This document shows, piece after piece, positions 47,912-59,100 of a DNA stretch of 64,000 nucleotides (positions are counted from its first letter, which is position 1; every line of letters starts with the position of its first letter). Origin of the DNA: Heterodontus francisci (lineage: Eukaryota); NCBI RefSeq assembly GCF_036365525.1, contig NC_090372.1:50149680-50213679 (forward strand), given 5' to 3'. The notes beneath the pieces are model-generated. The model had not been told where the DNA came from. It saw nothing but the letters and a program-made list of their open reading frames with translations, and searched no databases. The translations under genes were made by a program, and so were the position numbers.

Positions 47912-49220
47912 CAGGCTGCCAGTTAACAGAGTAAAGAAAACAGCACGTGTTGGCTTCTTCCACAGAATAAATTGCCACACTGTTCTGGCAAGGGACCAGG
48001 GATTGACACTTTAGTGAGGAGCTTGCCAAAACTGATGGAGTCCAAGCTATAGCCTAGTCTTATGGGAAAAAAAGACTGACCAGCAGAATAAATCAAGGTG
48101 GCTTCAAAATGAAACAAAATTTGATTTAAAGTAAGCAATGTATGAAGTTCTGCAATTCACGTTCACAAACTACAGAATGGGTGTGTGTCTACTAAAAAGA
48201 GCTGAGATGCATAAACTCACTAAACTGAGGAGTTCTCACTAAATCCTGGCTTAACAAGATTGGACAGTGTAATAAGCAGAGTGAACTTCAAAGTCGTACA
48301 GCCAAAAGATTGCTGTAAAGGAACGGAAGTGGAATTTAGTGCATCAAATGAAGCAATGATTTAAAGACACATTCAAAATGTTTTCGTACATAATGTGTAC
48401 AAAGTGCAAATGCTCAGTTTAATATATTTCACAGACTTTTTAAATGGAATGTTGAAACTGCAGAATAGCATTTTTAATTTAAATCTACCTCACTTTTTAC
48501 AAGTGTTGTTGACTACAGATATGCCCTAAAAATAACATTGCCCTCTTCATGAACACATGGTTTGAATATTGTATTGTCTGACTTATATCAGTGTTGGCAT
48601 GTTTGTGCATAATGAATGTGCTTGGGTGTGATAGTGTGAATATGTGTAATGACAGTATGTTTGGATATGATTGTGTGGATATGTATTTACTGGCAATGTG
48701 TTTGGTTACATCGGGAAATAACAAGGTCTGGATATATTGTGGTTGCCCACAGTGTCTGAATGTGGGTATAGTTGAGTCTGGACGAATGCAATGTATTTAG
48801 TTGTTTTTTGTTTGTACAGCCAGATAAATATTACATCTTTATATTTGGTAGATGAAATGTAAAGGAGATGATGCAATATTTCTCATAAAAAGATGGGAAG
48901 CATCGACAGCCACCATAAACAAACATGACGGGAACAATTGTATGATTGAAATGTTAATGAAGTTGGTCAACAATATTAACTCTGAAGATGAGGCATTAAT
49001 TTGCATAAATATTTAAAGTATTGCTCATATTATTTTGACATTCCTAACTTTGGTTACTGACTGTATTTTAAACAGTGTCATAATGTATCATACAGGCCAT
49101 ATTGGTCTCTTGTGTGATTATTAGCCAGTATGTATTTTTATACAGAAATGTGTTTGCTCTACTTCATGTTTTTGAAAGTAGTTTACCTGAAAATAAAACA
49201 TTTCTATTTAATATGAAAAT
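47912..49220 (+). promoter_or_regulatory. EDN1: EDN1 3'UTR with AUUUA motifs, miRNA seed matches and polyA signal
   Basis: ATTTA at 48359, 48477, 48685, 48795 and 49011; CTACCTCA 48485-48492; ACATTCC 49038-49044; AATAAA 49192-49197. Confidence 0.7.
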
Positions 49221-50239
49221 ATATACCATTTTCTTATTTTGGAGGGGGAAAAGACTAGTTAGTTGTTGAAACAAACTTTCAATTCATATGTGTGGATTTG
49301 CACACACAGCCAGTCTGTTAGCACATTATCCTTCCAGTACCGGGACTTGAATTTGGTGGGTTGAGAATCTTGTCTACTATCTATAAGGGTTCCTAAATGA
49401 GATAGTATCCCAGCACTGTGGGTGTACCTACACCCCAAGGACTGCAGTGGTTCAAGGCGGCAGCTCACCACCACCTTCTCAAGGGCAATTAGGGATGGGC
49501 AGTAGATGCTGGCCTAGCCAGTGACACCCACATCCCATGAACAAATAATAGAAAAGTACCAAAGCACAAAACAATCTGTAGTTCAGCCCCACAATTTGCC
49601 ACAAAAGTTAGAAAGAGTCATCGAGGATGGCTAGTGTCAAAGTGAGAGGGAACTTTTGCTCTTCACCTGATGGTACATCTAACCTGGAAATGCTGGAGGA
49701 TGCTTAAAATAGAAAAGTATTCTATTCCCTAACATACATTTCTGATTTTTCTACACCCAACAAACCCTCAAAAAAAACTCCAATCATTACTTAAAAATAA
49801 ATTATCAGAATTGTTGCAATAATTTTCCAAAAAGCTGGAATAGCAACATTCTGAAAGAAAGGACTATTTCCTTAACAGTGCATTGTGCTCTTGCTGGAGT
49901 GTCAGTATGAAGTGGTTTTGCACCATATCAATGCCACATTTATAGTTTTCAATGTGACGTTGGCCAGAGCAGACCAAAGCATGAAGGGGAATGAAACTCT
50001 CTGGAAGAGGTCATCTCACTTTGTTTCACTTCAGAGCCTGTTCAGTCCTTGACACCAGATTTACACAACATAAGTTTAGTGTTGGTGCAAAGCTAAAATC
50101 ACTTCTGTATTCCTGTGACTGGGTGTTTCATTCAGGTATGTTGCTATACATTTAAGTGTGGTGATTTGAATGCCCAATGTGCAGTGAGTGACGTGTTGTA
50201 TACTTCAACTTATACTATTCCAAATATCTGTGGTTTACA

Positions 50240-51292
50240 CAGTTTCATGCCTGCATCAGTGGTATCATAAGCCAAGGTTGAAGAGGGTGGACCTGGTCTT
50301 CTAGCAGCCATCCCTTCCAGACTGCCTTCTCTTTTGTACAGCCTAGGCAGAGAGGATTGTCTTAAAACTAAGATGCCATGATTGCTGCCTGGGAAACTCC
50401 TTGCAGTTCATGAAGGCCATGATATTGTGTGGAGCTTAAATGGTTAAGCTTTGGACTGTCAGGCCATGCTGTAATGCAAAACAGGTGGACAATGAAGGAC
50501 TTAATACATACATATTCACATTGCCAACACAGCTACAAGTGCTCCCAGTGAGGTTCCGACAATTCCTTTTTGTTGGATTTCCAATTTATGCAAAGTATAA
50601 TCTTTTCATTGCTCTTTCAAGCTGTCTTGCACTAAATGTGTGATAACCTTGAATCCTTTTTAACATTTCTATAAATAAAGTAGAATGATACCTAGAACAA
50701 ATTCTCAATATTCTCATAGGCATGCTCAGACAGCCGGTATAAAATGGACAGTGAGGACTAAGCATGTCCTAGTCTGAAAGCAAGTGACTTCTGGATCATT
50801 TCTGATTTTTTTTGATAGCTGATTTTTTTTTGCAGCATTTTCATTTGCTGTGTTATTTGGATGGTGTTTTAATAGAAAGATTTTTGATTGTTACAACTAA
50901 AATTTTGGATAGGAAATTCCTTTTGGTTATTCCTTATTTATGTTTTTGAGAAAGAGGATAAGAGATTCATTAATGTTTATTCACCAGGACAAATACCTTC
51001 ATCATTCTCACCACAGAAAATTAACAACAAAATGAGTTATCCTTGCAATTTTTTTGCATTACAGCATGGCCCGACAGTTCAAAGCTTAACCATTTAAGCT
51101 CCACACAATATCATGGCCTTCATGAACTGCAAGGAGTTTCCCAGGCAGCAATCATGGCATCTTAATTTTAAGACAATCCTCTCTGCCTAGGCTGTACAAA
51201 AGAGAAGGCAGTCTGGAAGGGATGGCTGCTAGAAGACCAGGTCCACCCTCTTCAACCTTGGCTTATGATACCACTGATGCAGGCATAAACTG
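50240..51292. repeat. Long near-perfect inverted repeat (arms 50240-50481 and 51052-51292, about 570-bp spacer)
   Basis: Arms are reverse complements over about 240 bp; I count 3 substitutions and 1 single-base indel. Confidence 0.95.
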
Positions 51293-51309
51293 CAAAGGAA
51301 TGAAATATC

Positions 51310-51632
51310 ATAGTCATAGAGAGATACAGCACTGAAACAGGCCCTTCGAGAGTCTGTGCTGACCAACAACCACCCATTTATACTAATCCTACATTAATCC
51401 CATATTCCCTACCACATTCCCACCATCTACCTACACTAGGAGCAATTTACAATGGCCAATTTACCTATCAACCTGCAAGTCTTTGGCTGTGGGAGGAAAC
51501 CAGAGCGCCCGGCAGAAACCCACACAGTCACAGGGAGAACTTGCAAACTCCACACAGGCAGTACCCAGAACTGAACCCGGGTCACTGGAGCTGTGAGGCT
51601 GCGGTGCTAACCACTGCGCCACTGTGCCACCC
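51310..51632 (-). mobile_element. V-SINE (HE1-like)
   Basis: Reverse complement of the 6873 SINE. Confidence 0.9.
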
Positions 51633-51687
51633 CAAGCAGAAAAGAAGATCCACCCACATTCAAGGCAAGAGCAGAAATTCTAATTCA

Positions 51688-52108
51688 CAAGCAAAATACT
51701 GTAGATGCTGGAAATCTGACTAAAAACAAAACACAGGAAATACTCAGTAGGTCTGGTAGCAGCTGTTAAGAGAGAAACAGAGTTAACGTTTCAGGTCGAT
51801 GATCCAAAGGTTTCTATCTCCACATATGCTGCCAGACCTGCTGAGTATTTCCAGAATTTTCTGTTTTTATTTCAGAGCAGGAGCACCTTTGCAGCCAGCT
51901 ATAGCTATACGTCAGGCTCTCATAGATGAGATCTTCAGCTAAGTGCCACGAGAACCGAATACTTAACAGCTTTCTTAACTTATGGAACAAGATACTTTCT
52001 GATGTTCTGATGAAAGATCACAGACTTGAAATGTTAACTCTGCTTCTCTCTCCACTGATGCTGCCTGGCCTGCTGAGTATTTCCAGCACTTGCTGTTTTT
52101 ACTTTCAG
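51688..52108. mobile_element. Two Penelope terminal fragments (fold-back 51688-51875; hammerhead-bearing 52004-52108)
   Basis: Inverted arms in the first; GTT-CTGATGA-AAGATCACAGACTT-GAAAT-GTT-AAC at 52004-52038 in the second. Confidence 0.75.
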
Positions 52109-53569
52109 AAACATTATCCTAGACTCTAAATCAGCTACCATAGATGTCTATCTTTTGATCTGCATTCTTATTCTCTATCATAAGAATTGATCCTATGGTT
52201 TCAAGGTCAACTGCTTCCTCTCAGATACCACACACTTGAGGTGCTCTGCCCTTGTTATGCATTCATAGAGGAAAATATCCTTTCTGGCATCCTAACCAAC
52301 ATTCATCCCTCAACCTACGCTATCAAAGCAGATTCATTGCTCATTCATTTCATTGTTTGTGGGACCTTGCTGTGTGCAAATATAATGCCATGTTTGCCAA
52401 CATAACAATTTGAAAAGTATTTATGAAAGCTTTTTGGATGTCCTAAAGACACAAAAGCTGTTTTGTAATATTTGAAGTTACGTACAAAATAGCTAGAAAA
52501 TAGAGGGGGAGAAATTTGTTTGCTTAGTGCCGCTTTAAGCGGCGCAACACAAACTTATATCAATCCCATGGAGGCAGACAGTGCCATGGGCCGCTACCTG
52601 CGTAACCCACGTGGCGTTCTTCATTGATATCATTGAAGAAACATGCAGGCTGGGCAGGGAGTGTCTTTGCAGCCTCATCTGCCCTCAGGGAATCGACCTT
52701 GTCTGCGCAGCGCAGCTTGAAGCAGCTCGACAAGAATAAATTTTTCTCTCAAAGTGCTTAGTGAAACAGGCAGTGGGGCAGAGTGCAGCAGCATGTGTAC
52801 TGAGAGTTCAGAGCTTTATGCTCCAATTCACACCAAATGTACTTTGATCAGTTAGAAACTCCTTGCTTATTCAAGCAGCCAATTTTGTTGTAACCAATTG
52901 GCCAAAGTGCATGAGAAGTTTAATTTACATGACAGTATAGCCATCTTAATGCAGTTTATTATTGTATGAGCTGGTTCCTGGAACATTAAGCAAATTACTA
53001 AATCAGAGCAAAGTGCTTTATTCAGCAGGTTGAGCAGAAAGATGCAGAATCTTTGCTTTCAACTCACATCACAAAGTTGAAATGTTACCCATGATTCACA
53101 AACAACATTTTGATCTGACATAGAATGTTCAGATTGTACTCCATGTATGATTGTGCTGGGGCTGGGCTCAGTAGTATTATTCCTATTGGTGCCTTTATAT
53201 GGTGACTTTTTCAAGCAATGTTAGTAATATACTGGAAAGCTATTTCATGCAGTGCAGACTTACCAAGTTTGAATTATTTGCAGTGGGACAAAGAAAGGAA
53301 ATGTTACTGAGTTTGAAACATCCGTTTTATTTGCTTTTGTGCTATCAGTAATTACAATCATGTAAAGAATCACAGTGACCTCTTGAAAGGATGAACTCTA
53401 TTTGAACTGCTTGATAGACTTAAAGAAAAGCACAAAGGTTAAGGCATGAATATTATAAGTTAGTAGAATAAAGCATATATCAACATGAAGGGAGCAACAG
53501 CTATTAAAGTTATGCACAAAAAAGTTGTGCTAATATATCTCTGTATACTGATACACGAAAGTTATAGCA

Positions 53570-56056
53570 CAGGGTTGTCCAAACTTTTCGGGTGGTGGGC
53601 TGGTTACAATTTTTGCTTGGCCCAGTGGGGCCAATTTTAAATTTATCTTACAAATAAAACTAATTGGTCCAAGAGCGTTTGAATGCTTGACATTTACCAT
53701 CAATCTTTCTTTTCTTGCTGTATCCATGGGCCAGCATCTATGAGAGGGAAGTGACTCTTTACTTCCAAATGGTTACAAAACTACCAACAAGTCTTATGCT
53801 TTTCCTGGTTGACACTTCCCAGCACACAACTAAAACCTTGGTCAATCTCGATGGCTCGAATCTGGGTACATAAAATAGGACAGACTGGGTTTTAAAAATA
53901 TTCTGGACTTTCTTCAACAATTCCTCCCTTCACCCACCATGCACCAGGAGCAGAAACTCACCTCACCCCACACAATCCCTGCGAGCTCCCCTCCTCCCCC
54001 CACACCCCTGATCCTCGTGCTCCCCTCCCCCACATAGTTCCTGCAAGCACCCCTCCTCCCCCCACACCCCTGATCCTCGTGCTCCCTTCCCCACATAGTT
54101 CCTGCGAGCTCCCCTCCTCTCCCCACAGCCCCGGCTCCTTGAGCTCCCCTCCCCCACACAGTTGCTGCGAGCTCCCCTCCTCTCCCCACACCCCTGATCC
54201 TCGAGCTCCCCTCCCCCACATAGTTCCTGCGAGCTCCCCTCCTCTCCCCACACCCCCGGCTCCTCGAGCTCCCCTCCCCCACACAGTTCCTGCGAGCCCC
54301 CCTCCTCTCCCCACACCCCTGATCCTCGAGCTCCCCTCCCCCACATAGTTCCTGCGAGCTCCCCTCCTCTCCCCACACCCCCGGCTCCTCGAGCTCCCCT
54401 CCCCCACACAGTTCCTGCGAGCCCCCCTCCTCTCCCCACACCCCTGATCCTTGAGCTCCCCTCCCCCACATAGTTCCTGCGAGCTCCCCTCCTCATCCCC
54501 ACACCCCTGATCCTCGAGCTCCCCTCCCCCACATAGTTCCTGCGAGCTCCCCTCCTCTCCCCACACCCCGATCCTCGAGCTCCCCTCCCCCACTTCCTGT
54601 GAGCTCCCCTCCTCCCCCCAAACCCCTGATCCTTGAGCTCCTGTCCCCCCATACTCCCTCCTCGAGCTTACCACCCCCCACACCCCCAACTCCCTGAGCT
54701 CCCCTCTCTCACACAGTCCCTGTGAGCTCCCCTCCTCTCACACCCCCAACTCCTCGTACTTCCCACCCCCACAATCCCTTTGAGCTCCCCACCCCCTATA
54801 CTCCCGACTCCTCAAGCTCACCTCCCCCCACACCTCCAACTCCCTGAGCTCCCCTCCCCCACACCCCCAACACTCCCCGGGCTCACGTCCCCCCACACAA
54901 TCCCTGCAAGCTCCCCTCCCCCCTACAGTCCCTACGAACTCACCTACCCCCACAAGCCCCAATCCGAGCATCCCTCCCCCCACACAACCTGTGAACTCCC
55001 CTACCCCTTCGTCTCGATTCCTCGAGCTCCCCTCCTCCACACAATCCCTGCGATCTCCCCTCCGCACCTCACACCCCTGACTCCTCGAGCTCCCCTCCCC
55101 CACACCCCAATTCCTCGAGCTCCCCTCCCCCACATGCCTGACTCCCCGCGCTCCCCTCCCCCTACACCCACGACTCCCCGAGCTCCCCTCCCCTACACCC
55201 GACTCCCCTCCCCTCACAGTCCCTGTGAACTCCCCTACCCCATCCCGATTCCTCGAGCTCCCCTCCCCAACAGTCCCTGTGAGCTCCCGTCCTCACCGCA
55301 CATCCCCAAATCCTCGAGCCCCCCTCCCCCCACACCCCGACTCCTCAGGCCCCCCTCCCACACCCCCGGCTCCTCGAACCCCCTCCCCCTACAAGCCCGA
55401 TTCCTCGAGCTCCCCTCCCCCCACATCCCCGGCTCCTCGAGCTCCCCTCTCCCACACCCCCGGCTCCTCGAGCTCCTCTCCTCCCCGATCCTCGACTCCT
55501 CGGGCTCCCCTCACCCACAGTCCCTGCAAGCTCCCCTCCCCCCACACCCCCGACTCCTTGGGCTCCCCTCCCCCCACACCATCGACTCCTTGGGCTTCCC
55601 TCCCCACAGTCCCTGCGAGCTCCCCTCCCCCCACACCCCCGACTCCTCGGGCTCCCCTCCCCCCACAACCTCGACTCCTCATGCTCCCCTCACCCCACAC
55701 CCCTGACTCCTCAAGCTCACCCCCCACACCCCCGATTCCTCAAGCTCATCTCCACCGCCACCGACTAAGGCCCCCAGTGCTGCATCCATGAATTTAGGAG
55801 CCCTCTCCCTTCCCTGGTGCTCCAACTGTGCAGCTCCTACCTGCAGCCAGTATCACTACAGGCAGCCAGCAGCAGGCCCTTTCCACTGAGTGCTGATCCC
55901 CTATATAAGGGACAACTCCCTTTAAGAGGAGCAGCTATCAGGCAGCCAGCACTGAAGGCTCCATTGAGATCAATGCTTCAATCAAGTAAATGGGGAGGCA
56001 GAACCAAGTTTGTGTGCTGCTAGCCTCTGTGGGCACAGGCAGGTTGCGAACAGCGA
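53570..56056. mobile_element. Possible old hAT-like element enclosing the minisatellite
   Basis: Left end CAGGGTTGTCCAAACTT resembles hAT-Charlie termini. The right end (AGGTTGCGAACAGCG) is only a weak match, and there is no TSD. Confidence 0.35.
53960..55750. repeat. C-rich/G-rich minisatellite (about 30-bp core with GAGCTCCCCTCC; 62/63-bp units)
   Basis: Unit starts at 54031, 54092, 54155, 54217, 54280, 54342, 54405, 54467 and 54530; more degenerate to the right. Confidence 0.95.
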
Positions 56057-56976
56057 ACCATGACACCCACTCCCAAAAATGGGCCATAACAAATGTTTCT
56101 GCCTAGTGTCTCTTGAGGGAATGAATTCCAGATTTCTACTACCCGTTGTGTGAAATGGTGTTTCCTGATTTTCCTCCTAAATGGCTTAACTCTAGCAAAG
56201 GCAATATTTTCTTTGTATCTATCCAATTGACTCTTTGACATTTAAACGCCTCAAACCTCTCTACTCAAGGAAATGTAAGCCAATTTATGCTACCTGTCCT
56301 CAATTTAACCTTCTAATCCGAAGTATCATTTTGGTGAATCTGCACTATACCTCCTCCAATATCTTTCCTGAGGTGCAGTAACCAAACTGAATGCATGGGG
56401 TCTGATCAAGGCTTGAAACATCTGAACCATAACTTCCTCCCTTTTGTATTTTAGCACCCGGAGATAAACACCAACGTTCTATTAGTCCTTTTGATTGATT
56501 TTGCACCTGCCTTATGAAAGCAGTTCTTTGACAGAAAGCAGGAACTACCAAAACTCACACTGCGAGTCCAGCTCAGTGAAACAGTAGCCAAAAATACTAT
56601 AGGAAATCAACAAAACACTCTCCAGTAGCCTATTAAAATCAAACAGAGACTTACCTTACTAAAGGGGAGCATCCCTTTAAATAGTACTTCTCAGGCATGC
56701 TTCCCACTGTTGAGGCAATGACTTCCTGGTTTAAGATAAGATCCAGTAAATCAGGTGCTTCCTGGTGTGAACTTAACAAATTGGTCGTTATTCAGGTGCA
56801 GGACCCGTATTATAATATTTAAATCAATTCAGATCTTCCTAAAACAATCTCAGACCCTGGTGCACATAAAAATTGGGTGCAGGCCACTGCCTGGAAAACA
56901 ATGTCGAATTTACATACCAAAATGTTCATTTTTTAAGTTAAAATTGTAGTTCGGGTGTTTATTTTTGTGGTATAGG

Positions 56977-57124
56977 AAACAAATTTCTCTGCAGCACCTG
57001 TGGAAGAACCTGTCACTCTAGAATTGGCCTTTATAGCCACTCCAGGCGCTGCTTCACAAACCACTGACCACCTCCAGGCGCGTATCCATTGTCTCTAGAG
57101 ATAAGGAGGCCAAAGAAGAAGAAG
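56977..57124 (+). mobile_element. Very short 5'-truncated RTE 3' end
   Basis: Matches the 3' ends of the RTEs at about 6750-6870 and 16701; (GAA)n tail. Confidence 0.88.
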
Positions 57125-57255
57125 GTTTAATAGTACAGAAATAATATTACTACTGACATTTGAGCAACTTTATCACTGTAACATTAATGTTTGTCTCAGA
57201 ATAGTGGTGCAAAGGTAAAGGCTTTTGCGGGGAGCTGTTGCCATAAAGAGACACA

Positions 57256-58510
57256 GCGCTAGAAATTGGATAGCTCCGATTTTTGGGGGTGGAGGTAGCG
57301 ATTCATGACCTGCATGTGCTAGTTTCAAACAAAATGAGCAGCATGTAAAATTGGTTCATGATTACAGCATGGCCCCGAGTGAATCCCGCACTGCACTCCT
57401 TTTTGTAATGCTGCCAGCTGTCTCCACGTACTGCAGGGAGAAGAGCAGCATTCCGTACAAAACAGGGACTCCAGGTAGTCTTCCTTTTTTAAAGGTGCAA
57501 TCCCTATACAAGAGAACAATACAGGCTGCAGTATTTCTTTCTTTTTTCTTTCCTTTGGGCCTCCTTATCTCGAGAGACAATGGATACGCACCTGGAGGTG
57601 GTCAGTGGTTTGTGAAGCAGCGCCTGGAGTGGCTATAAAGGCCAATTCTGGAGTGACAGGCTCTTCCACAGGTGCTGCAGAGAAATTTGTTTGTTGGGGC
57701 TGTTGCACAGTTGGCTCTCCCCTTGCGCCAGTATAATCACCTTGAAACACTCAATCAAGGAAGATGTTGCACCATGCCAAGGGAAGGGCTCCCTGCTTCC
57801 GTGTCGCAGCCCTGGAGACACTGGTCAGACAAGTGGATGCCATGTTTTCATTGGGGGCAGGAAGCCTTCCAGACAGAGCTTCACAAGTGAATGGTAACAG
57901 GTGGCAAGGGCTGTTAACCCAGAGTATCCTTCCCAGGACATGGCAGCAGTGCAGAAAGAAGTTGAATGACCTCATTCTGGTAGTCAAAGTAAGAGAATGC
58001 ATCTACACATTATGTCTCACACCCAGCACACCACACATCTCTCCCACTGCTCAATGCACCACTCCCCATCACTCACCCAGCAGCAAACCCTAACACTCGA
58101 GCGCCCTAACATCCTTACACTACACCTCACCGGCACACACATTCCAACCATGCCAGTTGCACGCACATCTCTACACACTTCCACAAACTCTGTTATGGCA
58201 GGCACATCACCCAAACACAGTGACACGGAGTCACTGACATTCTGCACTCTCTCTTTCAGGAGACTGTGGTCCACAACAGGAGGGAAAGGTACAGGAGTGA
58301 AGGAGGACCAACACATCTGAATCCGCTCAGCACCGTCAAGGAGATGGTCCAATGAATCATCAGAACCAGTGCCACAGAGCCACTGGCACACAGTGCTGCC
58401 AAGGCCATTGAGGATGATGGTAAGTTGTTATCTTATGCATCTTCTCCACTCACTTCTCACTCTCATCCCAAAAGGTGCCACAAAATGAAAACTGCAGATG
58501 GTGTGACCGC
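57256..58510 (+). mobile_element. Partial PIF/Harbinger element with a spliced Myb/SANT-like remnant
   Basis: Left end GCGCTAGAAATT. Exon 57764-57988 (GRAPCFRVAALETLVRQV...PRTWQQCRKKLNDLILVVK|GT) and exon 58260-58419, with the same exon layout as 12466-14252. Confidence 0.68.
57535..57728 (-). mobile_element. Very short 5'-truncated RTE 3' end
   Basis: Reverse complement of 56977-57124 plus about 35 more bp; CAGTAT on both flanks. Confidence 0.88.
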
Positions 58511-59100
58511 GGAACAAATATGTTCCCATAAAGAAAAAGGTAGGGCTCCCAAATCTAGAGCCCCTTGGATGTCAAAGAGCAAACTGAGTAGGATAAGGAA
58601 ATAAGGGAAGCTTATGTCAGATACCAACAGTTAATACTGCAGAACATCTAAAGGCGTACAGAAAGTGCAGGCGTGAAATTAAAAGGGAAATAAGGAAAGC
58701 AAAGAGAGGGCATGAAAAAATTGTCAATTAAAACAAGGAAAACCCAAAGATTTTTTTATAAATACATAAAGAGAAAGACAATAACTAAGGAGAGGGCTGA
58801 TTAGAGACCAAAAAGGTAACATGTGTATGGAGGCAGAAAGTGTGGGCATGGTTCTTAATGATAATAATGATAATATTTGCCATCACAAAAGTGGGGGATG
58901 ATGTAGACATTGTAGTTAGGATGGAGGAATGTGAATTATTGGATGGTAAAAGCATAGTGAGAGCAGAAATATTAAGGGGTTTAGAATCTTTGAAAGTAGA
59001 TAAATCACCAGGCCCAGATTAAATGTATGTCAGGCTGCTAAGAGAAGCAAGGGAGAAACTAGTGGAGGTTCTGACCATCATTTTCCAACCCTCCCTGGCT

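Noticed and set aside
53914-55791. Many long Gly/Glu/Pro/Ser-rich ORFs on both strands
   Set aside because: They are translations of the stop-poor minisatellite, open in several frames at once, with no splice or domain evidence.
57764-58419. Possible host MYPOP/MSANTD/NAIF1-like gene (and HARBI1 at about 15190-15530)
   Set aside because: Frameshifted, truncated, present twice in the window and embedded in transposon context, so better explained as Harbinger remnants.
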